Assembly (NCBI GenBank): GCA_963666975.2
Contig: CAXVYR010000004.1
Coordinates: forward strand, 416,001 to 480,000
Length of the DNA: 64,000 nucleotides
From: Terriglobia bacterium
Lineage (GTDB): Bacteria > Acidobacteriota > Terriglobia > 2-12-FULL-54-10
Reading direction: 5' to 3'
Made by a program: the position numbers and the translations under genes. Every line of letters begins with the position of its first letter. The stretch's first letter is position 1. Positions 28,845 to 38,649 of the stretch are shown here, one piece after another. Under the pieces are notes generated by a model. That model ran no database searches, had not been told where the DNA came from, and saw only the letters and a list, made by a program, of their open reading frames with translations.

Positions 28845-29786
28845 CTAGCGGAAAATATGGGTCGCATGATGCAGCAGGTTATCCCTCGAAGGCATCGACT
28901 TTGTATCGGAGGGAACCGTCACCTGTCTGCCGTGGAGAGGATAATACTCACGGCCATTATCAAACTCCTCTCTGAGCCTCTTGCTTACCATGATTCTCCG
29001 GTCGTCGGGATCAATAGCGACATACCCGAGATCGAATAGCCTGTGCAGATCGCTCCGAAGCAGAATACCGTTAGAAACTGCATGAGGCCCGCCTGAAGCG
29101 TAAGGAAGGATGTGTGCGGCCTCAAGGACAGGTAGCGTCCTTTCCTGTGTCATTGCACAGCGTCGAGCATACGCATCTGTGACCAATACGCGAAAGGCCC
29201 CTTGCCCTAAACGTGGGGAAACTAATACCGGACTGCTGTACCTCGTTTCTTCTGATGCTGCCAGCACCGCCGGACCCGGATCAGAGAGTAATGCGCGAAG
29301 TCTTGCGAGTCTCTCTGCCACGAGTTTCCACAAGTCAAGACCTCCCTGGGTATCAGTATCGTAGCCCTTCCCGACAACCGTGGGCCGTTTGAAATCGGGG
29401 GGAGCAGGAATCCATTCGGTCTCAGGGAAAAAGAACGGCTCTGCAAGGATTACGCACCCTATGTGAGGGTCTTCAAATGGCGCGATGGTCGTCTTGCGGT
29501 ACTTTCCGATCCGCGTCCTAACTTCTTGGATTGTCTGTGCGCCGTTTCCTTCGCCGAACGCCTCCCATGCGAGGCTGATGGGCAGTTGAAGAAACTTCGT
29601 AAAGAAACCGCCCCCTACGATGTAGTTGCGAGGGGCATGAAGTTTGAATAGGAACGGCTCACCCGTTTTGAGGGCTTTGAAAGAAACGTCTGGTGAGGGT
29701 CGCCAAAAATTTACCTCCTCAACGCGGGGCTTTGAGGCGTGGAGCGAATACCAGTCGTAATCCGTTACGCCGACAAAGAATTTCAT
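28845..29786 (-). CDS. HNH endonuclease (putative restriction enzyme)
   Basis: RLGQGAFR..CAMT..LEAAHILP..NGILLRSDLHRLFD; separate N-terminal domain. Confidence 0.88.
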   Translation of the reverse strand: MKFFVGVTDYDWYSLHASKPRVEEVNFWRPSPDVSFKALKTGEPFLFKLHAPRNYIVGGGFFTKFLQLPISLAWEAFGEGNGAQTIQEVRTRIGKYRKTTIAPFEDPHIGCVILAEPFFFPETEWIPAPPDFKRPTVVGKGYDTDTQGGLDLWKLVAERLARLRALLSDPGPAVLAASEETRYSSPVLVSPRLGQGAFRVLVTDAYARRCAMTQERTLPVLEAAHILPYASGGPHAVSNGILLRSDLHRLFDLGYVAIDPDDRRIMVSKRLREEFDNGREYYPLHGRQVTVPSDTKSMPSRDNLLHHATHIFR

Positions 29787-29829
29787 ATAGGCGAGTGCCG
29801 ATCAAATCAACCAGATTCTAACATTACCA

Positions 29830-31032
29830 ATGTCTTTGAGGAGCGAAATGCAAACACTTAATACTTTGCCGAAAATTAGCCCCTGGGACGCGCTACAGGC
29901 CGTCCTGCTCGCCCATTACCATGAGCCCGACCTGGAGGCTGCCCGCACCCTCTTTGCAGCAGTCGCAGCACACCGCCTACCAGGCCAACCCGTGTGGCTC
30001 ATGCTCGTGGCCCCACCCGGCAGCATGAAGACCGAGCTACTGGAATCTTTGGGCGGCCTGCCCACCGTCCACCTCATTGATCGCCTGACGCCCAACACCT
30101 TCCTCAGCGGCCAAGTGGCGAGGTCTCGCGCACCGGCCAGCCTCCTCCATAGGATCGGACCGGACGGCATCCTGGTCTGCCCGGACTTCTCCACTGTGCT
30201 CTCGATGCACCGGGATCACAGAAGTGCTGTACTGGCAGATATGCGTAGGATCTACGATGGACACCTGCGGCGGGAACTTGGGACCTGGAAGGACCTGGAA
30301 CAGCGGGAATGGCGGGGGAGACTGACCTTCCTTGTGGGGGCAACGCCAGACGTGGACCGGCACTACAGCATCTTTCAGATGCTAGGGGAGCGGTTTGTGA
30401 TGGTGCGTTGGGCCAGGCCAGGGGGAATGCAGGCGGCACTCCGAGCCATGCGCCAGGATCGCCAGCGGGCACCGCTAGAGTTACGCGAGGCCGTCACAGC
30501 CCTGTTCGACTCCCTGCCTGACTGCCAGCCTGTCCTCCCGGAGGAGATTCAGCACCGAATTGCTGCGTTAGCGGAGTTCACCGTCCTAAGCCGAACCCAC
30601 ATCGCACGGGACGGGCGCAGCAAGGAGATCATCTACGTCCCAGAACCCGAAGCGTCTACCCGCCTCGCTCAACAGCTATGCCAACTCGCGAAGGGCTCGG
30701 CGTTGCTGGCGGGCCGCGACCTTGTGGACGAAGAGGACTTCCTTCTGGTCCGGCGCGTCGCGTTCGATTCGATTCCTGCGACGAGGCGGAGGATTCTGGA
30801 CGCCCTGACCTCCGGCAAGCAACCTTCAGAGACGGGGCTGCCGTTTTCGACGCGCAACTATGCGGTGCTGGACCTCAGAAGCCTGAAGCTGGTGGTGCAC
30901 GCCTTGGACCCCGTAGAGGGGATGGGAGTCCAATTTCTATCGCGCCAAGCGAAGCGGCTCCTTGTGGAGGCTGGTATTCGTGTCAAAAGGGGACGGTACG
31001 GGAAGAGGGGTTTGGTATTTCATCGAGACTAA
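29830..31032 (+). CDS. Phage-type P-loop/AAA+ ATPase (helicase-like)
   Basis: VAPPGSMKT Walker A, LVCPDFS, GATP, GERF. Confidence 0.65.
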   Translation: MSLRSEMQTLNTLPKISPWDALQAVLLAHYHEPDLEAARTLFAAVAAHRLPGQPVWLMLVAPPGSMKTELLESLGGLPTVHLIDRLTPNTFLSGQVARSRAPASLLHRIGPDGILVCPDFSTVLSMHRDHRSAVLADMRRIYDGHLRRELGTWKDLEQREWRGRLTFLVGATPDVDRHYSIFQMLGERFVMVRWARPGGMQAALRAMRQDRQRAPLELREAVTALFDSLPDCQPVLPEEIQHRIAALAEFTVLSRTHIARDGRSKEIIYVPEPEASTRLAQQLCQLAKGSALLAGRDLVDEEDFLLVRRVAFDSIPATRRRILDALTSGKQPSETGLPFSTRNYAVLDLRSLKLVVHALDPVEGMGVQFLSRQAKRLLVEAGIRVKRGRYGKRGLVFHRD

Positions 31033-31313
31033 GCCATGCAGTCCTCCCGGCTGTCGGGGCAATCTCAGGTGGCCCAACTCAATCGGATGTAGAAGGTAGC
31101 GGACCGTGGCAGGTGGGCGTCGCCCCTTCCCTTAGCTGTCCCATCGGCGTGTTTGGTTGTGCGATTTCAGCAAAAAACAGCAGGGGGGAAGGGCTGTCAG
31201 GGCTCGGAGAGGACGACGCCTGCCTCCGCTCTTGATTGCGCCGCGTGTGTTATACGGTGTTGCAGTGTAGCAAAGACGGTGCCATACTACTTTTCAAGGT
31301 GAGGAGAAGCGCC

Positions 31314-32153
31314 ATGAGATTAAGATTTCTGCTTGTGTCTGTAGTGGTGCTGTTCTGTATCCCCGTGCAGTCGGCGTCGCAGTCTGCCTCCAAGCCACGG
31401 GTCTTTGTTACCGACAGCTATTCCTGGCAGAGGGGGGGCGCAAGACCTCAAACCGCCGAAATAGTGAAGACCTTCAGCGAGCGGTGCCCTGATGTTGTGG
31501 TTACCATTAACAAAGAAAACGCCGATTTCGTGATCTTATTGGAACATGAAGGCGGCAAGGGATACGCCGCTATAGACAATAAGGTAGCTGTGTATAGGAA
31601 TGATGGCGATATGATCTACGCTGGCTCCACTGTAGTGCTCGGCAACGCAGTAAAAGATGCCTGTCAAGCCATTAGGATTGCAAGGCGCTCCGTCTCCCAT
31701 GGAGCAGAAAGGCCGAGTTCCGTATCACCGGAAGCGATAAGCAGTAATCAACAATCTGAAAAGATGGAAAGTGTGGGTGCAATCGCAGCGCCTGCCCAGT
31801 CCGCCCTTGTGTATGTATTTCGGCAGAGAGGCGAAGGTAATAGTAGCAAGGAGCCGCCCGTCTTCATCAACAGACGCGAAATTGCCCGCATGGACAACGG
31901 AAGATATATCGAGCTATCATTACCGCCTGGCCGCTATACGTTCGCATCAAATGACACCAAGAAGCCTTCGGTAACACTCGTCGTAGAGGAGGGAACGGCG
32001 TACTTCCTGGAAATGAAAGCAACTTACTGGCGCGGTCTTGGCCATCTTCGACGGGTAGCTGAAGACGAAGCGGAACAACAATTGTTTAAGCTGAAACCGC
32101 TGAGTGACAAGTTCGTTCTCGGTGAGAGCCTAGTAATCTCTCGTGAGTATTGA
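31314..32153 (+). CDS. Secreted protein with C-terminal DUF2846-like domain
   Basis: Signal peptide; ALVYVFR..PPVFIN..NGRY..LPPGRYTF. Confidence 0.7.
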   Translation: MRLRFLLVSVVVLFCIPVQSASQSASKPRVFVTDSYSWQRGGARPQTAEIVKTFSERCPDVVVTINKENADFVILLEHEGGKGYAAIDNKVAVYRNDGDMIYAGSTVVLGNAVKDACQAIRIARRSVSHGAERPSSVSPEAISSNQQSEKMESVGAIAAPAQSALVYVFRQRGEGNSSKEPPVFINRREIARMDNGRYIELSLPPGRYTFASNDTKKPSVTLVVEEGTAYFLEMKATYWRGLGHLRRVAEDEAEQQLFKLKPLSDKFVLGESLVISREY

Positions 32154-32387
32154 TTCATGGAGTGTCTCACTATGCTTGAAAAGGCAGCTCACTCCTTATC
32201 ATCGCCCGCCAACTGATTCCCTAGAATCGGTCCCGTGCAAATTGCGGAACGGGCACTTCGAGTCCACCTGTTATCTCTCCTGTCAGAGGCTCCAAGCCCA
32301 GCAGCCATGCCCCTCATCTTCCAATCCGCCTTCAGGAGTGGCAGCACTGCGTTTTCAGAGCCGCTCGGCACCCACGGCGAGCAAAAA

Positions 32388-32461
32388 TGCGCTGGAAGGG
32401 CCCAGATGGAGGCTGATGGGTATATACTCGCAAACGCTGGAGAGCCAAAAACTAATTCCGG
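32388..32461 (+). repeat. 74-bp intergenic repeat, copy 1
   Basis: 39 of the first 42 nt identical to 36971-37044; shared tail GCCAAAAA-CTAATTCCGG. Confidence 0.85.
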
Positions 32462-32511
32462 TATAGTACCGAGGGTTATGTGTTTTCCAAACTATGGAGG
32501 AGGAGGGCAAT

Positions 32512-34374
32512 ATGAAGAAATCACTTCCGAAACTCAAGGTTTCTGCTTCTCTGTTGGTGATTCCCATCATTCTGCTGACCGTCGGAAGCCTACAGGCGCA
32601 ATCTCCCTCACGGGTTGCCTTGGAGAAGTTAGCGGTCTATCCCACCCTGATTGTCCACAACGGAAAGATCGCTGCGATGGATGAAGATTTGAGCTTCCAT
32701 CAGGCCATGGCTCTACGCGGGGACCACATCTGGAGATTGGGGACCGACCAAGAGATTAAAGGACTGGCCGGACCGCAAACAGAATTGGTAGACCTAAAAG
32801 GCCGGACGGTGACCCCCGGTCTGATTGATGTGCACACACATCCGCAGATGTGGGGTATGTGGCATCATGGGGGAGACATTGACCCACAGTTGGAACCTGT
32901 GTATGTGGACGGAGAGACTCCGGAGGAAGTAGCGGCCAACTTTGCACCAGCCGTAAAAGCCCGTATCCAGAAAAATGGAGAGGGGAAATGGGTCTACGCG
33001 GTGGTGCCCCATAGAATGCGGGACAAGCTGGTAACTTATCCTATCAGCTATGATTATAAGCCGCGTCCTGTGACTGGGTTAATTACGCGCGATATGATGG
33101 ACGAAATAGCGCCCAACACGCCGATGGCGGTATTGTCCGGTTGTTGCTGGGCTTTCGGCAATACGAAAGCAACAGAGATCATGGAAAAGGTGGTGGGCTA
33201 CGAGCAGGTTGGAGTTCGCGTCACTTATGACACGACTTTTGCTGTCGTACTGGCCGGGCAGACTCGCAAGGCGGCTGACCTTCTCAGACGTGAGATGCAG
33301 GAGTTTGTGGAGTACGGTGTCACGACTATTGCTACTCATGGGGAAGTGAACACGGAAGTTTTTAACGCGATCAATCTGATGGAACGGGAAGGCACACTGC
33401 CGCAACGTTTTGCCTGGACCCACGAAAGTGGATTCTTCGGGAAGGATCCAGCAGAGTTCTATCGGTTACTCGGGAACTTTGTAGGGCAGGGTAGCGATCA
33501 TGTGTGGAACATTGGCGTAGGCTGGGAGGTCTGGGATGCCTTCGGGGATTGCCTTTCTGCGAAACGGAACAATGAGACCTCCCAACAAGCTCAAGATCGC
33601 CTGCAATACAATCCCTGTATACCAGAAGATTCGAAGAGCTATCAGGGACATTTGGCGGCAGCAAAAGCGGGCCTGCGTCTGGCCGAGCTGCACGCTCTGA
33701 CGGGAGACCTGGGCTATGACAGAGCCATCGCTCTCGCTGATGAGCTAATTGGCTCGGGAACGACTACCCTTGAGAAACTTCGCGAACCCGGATGGAGCTT
33801 CGCTCACAATATGTGGATTCGGCCAGATCAAATTCCCAACTTAGTGAAATACGGTTTTTGGTTGAATTTCCAACCGTGCCATTTTGCTCGATCCGCCGGG
33901 GGGCCCGGATGGTTAGACATTGAGGATCTGTGGGGCCCAGATTATTTGAAGTGGAAGGCTCCTCTTAAGAGTCTAACCGACGCGGGCGCTCGAGTAGTTT
34001 TTTCAACCGATACTCACGTCGGTACGCTACCGGGCAAGGGAGAACAGTATTGGAATGACTTGGCGCAAGGGTTCCCCTATCGAGATTCCATTTGGCCGTG
34101 GGTGGGCTGGTGGGTAACGCGGGAGCTTCACGGAAAGGTATGGGTGCCGGAGGAAAGAATCGACCGGATTACGGCGTTGCGAGGCTGGACAAACGGAGGG
34201 GCACAGTACCTGCTCCGCTGGGATCGACTTGGATCATTGGAGCCGGGCAAGCTCGCAGACTTCATCGTGCTGGATAGGGATTACTTCACGATTCCTGAGG
34301 CCGAAATTATGAATATTAAGACTCTGATGACGGTGCTAGGAGGCAAAGTCGCATATAAAGCTGCGCACTTCTGA
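32512..34374 (+). CDS. Secreted amidohydrolase (Amidohydro_3/YtcJ-like)
   Basis: Signal peptide; DLKGRTVTPGLIDVHTH, GSLEPGKLADFIVLDRD. Confidence 0.9.
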   Translation: MKKSLPKLKVSASLLVIPIILLTVGSLQAQSPSRVALEKLAVYPTLIVHNGKIAAMDEDLSFHQAMALRGDHIWRLGTDQEIKGLAGPQTELVDLKGRTVTPGLIDVHTHPQMWGMWHHGGDIDPQLEPVYVDGETPEEVAANFAPAVKARIQKNGEGKWVYAVVPHRMRDKLVTYPISYDYKPRPVTGLITRDMMDEIAPNTPMAVLSGCCWAFGNTKATEIMEKVVGYEQVGVRVTYDTTFAVVLAGQTRKAADLLRREMQEFVEYGVTTIATHGEVNTEVFNAINLMEREGTLPQRFAWTHESGFFGKDPAEFYRLLGNFVGQGSDHVWNIGVGWEVWDAFGDCLSAKRNNETSQQAQDRLQYNPCIPEDSKSYQGHLAAAKAGLRLAELHALTGDLGYDRAIALADELIGSGTTTLEKLREPGWSFAHNMWIRPDQIPNLVKYGFWLNFQPCHFARSAGGPGWLDIEDLWGPDYLKWKAPLKSLTDAGARVVFSTDTHVGTLPGKGEQYWNDLAQGFPYRDSIWPWVGWWVTRELHGKVWVPEERIDRITALRGWTNGGAQYLLRWDRLGSLEPGKLADFIVLDRDYFTIPEAEIMNIKTLMTVLGGKVAYKAAHF

Positions 34375-34791
34375 TCTTTGCCTAGGCGAGCGGCTCAAAC
34401 GTCAAATCCTCGAACGGGCTCGCGCCGCGACGGAGGAGCCGGACAAGCGAGAGGTGGAGCACTAGACCCGTTTCCGCGAAGGTATATAGCGAGTCCGGCT
34501 GTTGACAACCCGATTCCGAGCCGCGCGTCCTTCTGCCGGGGTTCTTTCCTGGATCCTTCACAGTTCCCGGCGCAACAGCAGTTGACCAGGTGACCGGCGC
34601 TCCATCCTCTCCAGCGCTTGTAACACAGCATCCACCGAGAGCGGCCCAGGCGGGAGTTGCCCTTCGTCGCGCATCCGTTTCAAGGCTTCAAGGGCGGGTT
34701 GACTAAGGTTGATTTTTACGGCCATTGGATGAACCTATGCTTCGTGTATGGTTCTACCCGGATTCGCCATTACCGAGGCATTGAGGAACTT

Positions 34792-35148
34792 TCATTGAAT
34801 CCAAAGAAGGGGGTGCGGAAGGGCTGACTTGCGCGCCGCTCCTGGCGATTGCCCCAAGCCGAGGAAGGAGGCCCACTTCTCACAAGCCGCCTGGATTGCC
34901 TCGAAGATTCTTTTCCGCAAGTCTGGTTGAAGTTCCACAACCGGCACCCGCTCTGATCTCACGGTCTTTGTGGGCAAGGCTGGCCGCAGGATGCCCTCTT
35001 TGCCGCTCCAAACAGGGAAGTCGCAGATCGTCAAAATATCTCCTAAGCGAACATCGGCAAGAAATACCGAATCACCCCTTCCCGGTCGAATGTCCACGGA
35101 AATGGGGAGTGGACTCTTATTCGGGATGTTGGACGGTTTTTGAATCAT
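34792..35148 (-). CDS. SpoVG-like small protein with aberrant 3' end
   Basis: LADVRLGDILTICDFPVWSGKEG..ALPTK..LRKRIFEAI resembles the SpoVG pattern; RBS AAGGAG. Confidence 0.5.
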   Translation of the reverse strand: MIQKPSNIPNKSPLPISVDIRPGRGDSVFLADVRLGDILTICDFPVWSGKEGILRPALPTKTVRSERVPVVELQPDLRKRIFEAIQAACEKWASFLGLGQSPGAARKSALPHPLLWIQ

Positions 35149-35214
35149 TTATTTATTATATGGCTCCTTCTCTTGCTTCTGGTAATTTACCAAAGAAGGG
35201 GGCGCGGAAGGGCT
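34801..35214 (+). repeat. 25-bp direct repeats bracketing the SpoVG-like gene
   Basis: CCAAAGAAGGGGG(T/C)GCGGAAGGGCT at 34801-34825 and 35190-35214. Confidence 0.85.
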
Positions 35215-35297
35215 CTTCATGTGATTGCTCATCGGTCGCAGGTTGCGCCAGAGGCGGCGGGGGTGATTTGAGGGGGCTATGCTGGGGTCCGATTAGG

Positions 35298-35450
35298 CTA
35301 ATTTATGAATGTCCTTTTCGGTTTGTAAGCCTGTGATTGTGCCAGCTTGAGATACCTCACGGCAGCTCGAAGGGAGAGGCGGGCCGTTGGGTTCTCTTCC
35401 TCTTCGTGGGCCTTGCTGATAATCTTCAGAGCGCGGTCTAAATCGTCCAT
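35298..35450 (-). CDS. 50-aa small protein
   Basis: GGAGG RBS; MDDLDRALKIISKAHEEEENPTARLSLRAAVRYLKLAQSQAYKPKRTFIN; below the ORF-track cutoff. Confidence 0.55.
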   Translation of the reverse strand: MDDLDRALKIISKAHEEEENPTARLSLRAAVRYLKLAQSQAYKPKRTFIN

Positions 35451-35463
35451 GGCGCAACCTCCG

Positions 35464-35643
35464 TTACTGGACCCTCTGTTTCCGATCCCGAATCTGCTTT
35501 ATTCTTTCCAATACCATCTGTTGTGTGAGGACACCACATTCTTCCAATAGCTCAACCAGAGCTGTCAGTTGCAGGGTATTGCTCAGGACAAGTTGCTCAA
35601 CACTAACGGTCACTCGCTCACTGCCAGTGTTCTCAGTAACCAT
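35464..35643 (-). CDS. 59-aa small protein
   Basis: GGGAGG RBS; MVTENTGSERVTVSVEQLVLSNTLQLTALVELLEECGVLTQQMVLERIKQIRDRKQRVQ. Confidence 0.6.
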   Translation of the reverse strand: MVTENTGSERVTVSVEQLVLSNTLQLTALVELLEECGVLTQQMVLERIKQIRDRKQRVQ

Positions 35644-35826
35644 TTAATCCTCCCAGAGTGCGCTTAGAAACAAGATCGGCCAGGATGTAGCGGCTTGATG
35701 GAAGCTCCTTCGCGGAATCGGCTACCTATCGAGTTGGATATATTTGTGAAAGATTACACGAGGGGAGAGGGGAAAGCAATTGGTGGAATTATCGCCGCGT
35801 TATATTGTTTAACGGATTTGGCACGA

Positions 35827-36195
35827 TTATGACCGTTTTACTGGTTCACCCCCCAGCCACCCGCGTGCTTCGAGCATGGGTACAATAAATTGGTATGCTT
35901 CTTGCTCTTTGGCTGTCATTTTAGGAGGGAGCCCACCTGTCGTTAGGAAGGATCGTAGCCGTTGCATTTTTCTCTCGTAACCCATCTCCCGGATTTTCTT
36001 CTCCAGGTCCTTGATGAATTTCTTTATCAGGTCTTGGAAAGGGGGGTTAGAGGTTTTCCTAATTTCCTCTTCTACTCGACGCAAGATTTGATCGGGGGCG
36101 AGATCCTCAAGGGAATATACAAAACTTTGGAAATCAAATTCATACCGGGGTTTTTCAACCATGGAAGTTGCCTCCATAGACCTTTGTTTCTTCAC
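35827..36195 (-). CDS. Hypothetical protein
   Basis: 122-aa helical, charged ORF. Confidence 0.55.
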   Translation of the reverse strand: MKKQRSMEATSMVEKPRYEFDFQSFVYSLEDLAPDQILRRVEEEIRKTSNPPFQDLIKKFIKDLEKKIREMGYERKMQRLRSFLTTGGLPPKMTAKEQEAYQFIVPMLEARGWLGGEPVKRS

Positions 36196-36465
36196 TAGCT
36201 CTAAATCCTACGCTAGCCGCCCTGTTGACTCAAGGACTGATCACCGCTGCCTCTTTTGCGCGTCATTGCAGCTCACAATTAAGATGCGTATTTTGCGGAA
36301 ACAACCACTGCAATGCCTCCAACCGCCTGGAACTATTGGGAAAAGATTAAATGAGGAAAAGCGGGAAAGCAATTGGGGACAGGAGAGGGGCTATGGCTCC
36401 ATTGCTACTCAAACGCCTCTCACGCCCCTGGGAATGGCCTGCTTAGTGATCCTCTGGTCGCCCTC

Positions 36466-36801
36466 CTATGGGGCGCCTACACTAGCCACTTTGCTTTTCC
36501 CTTTCTTATCCAGCCACTGCAACAGCTGCTCCATTCCAGCAGGCTCTACCGAAAAGCTGACAGCTATCATGTCCTTTTCACTTCCCACAACGCGCCCTCC
36601 AATACTGAGCGTTTCTCCGTAACCATGAACCGTGAAGCGGATACTGAGATTCGTTCTCAGAGGCGGTATGAAGTGGCTGCGAATGAGCATGCCCCGCCTG
36701 CCAATATGGACCAGTTCACCGACAGCCGCGTCTACCTCCGTCCGAAACTGAACATTTCCGGATACAGCGTAACGCCTGTATCGCCGCTTATCTGTCTTCA
36801 C
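36466..36801 (-). CDS. PilZ domain protein
   Basis: GTG 36801 with AAGGAG; KRRYRRY..GELVHIGRRGM. Confidence 0.85.
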   Translation of the reverse strand: MKTDKRRYRRYAVSGNVQFRTEVDAAVGELVHIGRRGMLIRSHFIPPLRTNLSIRFTVHGYGETLSIGGRVVGSEKDMIAVSFSVEPAGMEQLLQWLDKKGKSKVASVGAP

Positions 36802-36970
36802 AATTTGCTCCTTCCCGTAGTGTCTCCAATTTCTTTGGGCCGCAGCCTGGACTTTGTGCTCAGGCAACCGCTCCTGACCAGACCGACATTTTGTACCATC
36901 CAGTGCGCTAATGTACATCACAGCCTGAGACGGCGAAACTGGTTTTAGTGCGGTTTTGGGTGGGCTGGCC

Positions 36971-37044
36971 TGCGCTGGAAGGGCTCAGTTGGAGGCTGAT
37001 GGGTGTATACTCACGAGTCGGAAGGGCCAAAAAACTAATTCCGG
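36971..37044 (+). repeat. 74-bp intergenic repeat, copy 2
   Basis: Matches 32388-32461. Confidence 0.85.
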
Positions 37045-37149
37045 GCGTAACCGGCCCACAAGTTTCCTGGCTTGAGCATGTCGCGGGAATTGATCTCCGC
37101 CTGCTAGAGGCTGGAATCGCCCGGCCTGGATTTCCGACTGGAGGAACCT

Positions 37150-37872
37150 ATGCAACGTAAAGCGAGTTGGCGCAAGGCCACCGTTGCCGTGCTGATGGCG
37201 GTGGCGGCTGGCGGCCTTATGAGCGGCTGCGCCACTAAGAACTATGTCCGCGAGGAGGTCACGACTAGCGCCCAGGACCTCTCCGTGAGAATTGAGAATG
37301 CCGAACACGGCATCGAGGCGCTCTCGAATCAAACGGAAGAATTGAACTCCTTAAACAGGGAGCACGCCCGGCAAATCGAATCCTTGGACGGCAACCTGCA
37401 GCAGGTGGATGAGAGGGCTGTGACCGCCGTGGCGGCGGGAGAAGGAGCGCAGCAGTCCGCCGACCGTAATTCCACTCAGGTCTTGTTGCTGGGAGAAAAC
37501 TTCGCGAACAGGAACCAATATGGATTGCTTTCGGAAGAGTACGTGCAATTTGCATTCGACAGCGCCAGCATAGAACCGTCGTACCACCAACTTCTGGATG
37601 ACGTGGCGCGGCGGATGCTGGACAATCCCGATGTGATCCTCGTTCTGGAAGGACGCACCGACTCTACAGGGAACGATTCCTACAACATCCGGCTCGGCGA
37701 AAGACGGCTCGAAGCGGTGATCCGCTACCTTGTGGTGGACCAGGACGTTCCCATACACCGGCTGCACAAGATGAGTTTCGGTGAAGCGCGGCCCGTGGCT
37801 CCCAACAACTCCAGCGAGGGGCGGGCTCAGAACCGAAGCGTGGTGATTCAGATCCTGGAACCGCAGCTGTAG
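37150..37872 (+). CDS. OmpA family lipoprotein
   Basis: Lipobox MSGC-ATKNYV; EGRTDSTG..YNIRLGERR, GRAQNRSV. Confidence 0.92.
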   Translation: MQRKASWRKATVAVLMAVAAGGLMSGCATKNYVREEVTTSAQDLSVRIENAEHGIEALSNQTEELNSLNREHARQIESLDGNLQQVDERAVTAVAAGEGAQQSADRNSTQVLLLGENFANRNQYGLLSEEYVQFAFDSASIEPSYHQLLDDVARRMLDNPDVILVLEGRTDSTGNDSYNIRLGERRLEAVIRYLVVDQDVPIHRLHKMSFGEARPVAPNNSSEGRAQNRSVVIQILEPQL

Positions 37873-38044
37873 CCTGCCAGCGGTGGGATTGTTTCTCTGT
37901 AACGCCAAGGTCTTTCAAGCGCGGCTTGCTAATCCTTCCATCATGGAAGGATTTAGGCTTGCCGGATTTTGGCCCTGCCTCAGCAAGGATTTCCCCAGCC
38001 CTTCTCTCAGCCCGCAGCTTGATTTCCGCGCAGCAGTTCTGCAT
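37873..38044 (-). pseudogene. Fragment of a phage-type gene (N-terminal region of MT-A70-like methyltransferases)
   Basis: AEIKLRAERRAGEIL..PRLKDLGVTEKQSHRWQ; frame runs into the ompA 3' end. Confidence 0.55.
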
Positions 38045-38102
38045 CTCAAATCGGACATTCGGGGTATACTCTTCGAATTAGAAAAAGAGAGGCCAAGCAT
38101 CT

Positions 38103-38411
38103 GTGAAAAAGCGCGAGCATGAGCGTGTTCCTTTAGGCGTGCCGGTACTATGCCAGTCGGGCCAGACGAAGGTCGAAGGCATGGCCGAAAATGTGAGTGT
38201 TGGCGGACTTTTCTTAGTCCGGGCGGTGAAGACATTCCCAGTAAATCAGAAGATTATCGTGGAATTCGCAATCCACGGTTCTAAACAAGCTCTCGAAGCA
38301 CAAGTGGTTCACGAGGTGCCAGATTTGTTTATGGGTGTGGAATTTCTGAATCTTCCGCCGAAATCGAAGGAACTGATTGAGCTGCACGTCGCCACACAAT
38401 CTATCCCCTGA
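38103..38411 (+). CDS. PilZ domain protein
   Basis: KREHERV and NVSVGGLF motifs; MGVEF. Confidence 0.88.
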   Translation: MKKREHERVPLGVPVLCQSGQTKVEGMAENVSVGGLFLVRAVKTFPVNQKIIVEFAIHGSKQALEAQVVHEVPDLFMGVEFLNLPPKSKELIELHVATQSIP

Positions 38412-38450
38412 GAAAGATTTGTTCTTGTCTGAGCGGCGGCGAGAGCTGGG

Positions 38451-38576
38451 CTATGTGCCGATTGGGCTGGCCACTTGCTTTTGGGCCCTCTCATCCAGAA
38501 CCTGCCGCAGCTTCGCCCATCCCACAGGTTCTTCTAAAAACATCATGGCCCACAAATCCGATTGAACGCGCACCAC
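38451..38576 (-). pseudogene. C-terminal half of a PilZ gene cut by the IS3 end
   Basis: VVRVQSDLWAMMFLEEP..KQVASP-stop, close paralogue of 51661..51996. Confidence 0.8.
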
Positions 38577-38649
38577 TGTACGTCGTCAGATAATGTTGGA
38601 CACAGAGCATAAAAAGATAAGGTGGCGTTCAGGCTCCTCTGGGTTGATG

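Noticed and set aside
35819-35835. sigma-54-like TGGCACG
   Set aside because: Lacks the -12 GC and points into the 3' end of an opposite-strand gene
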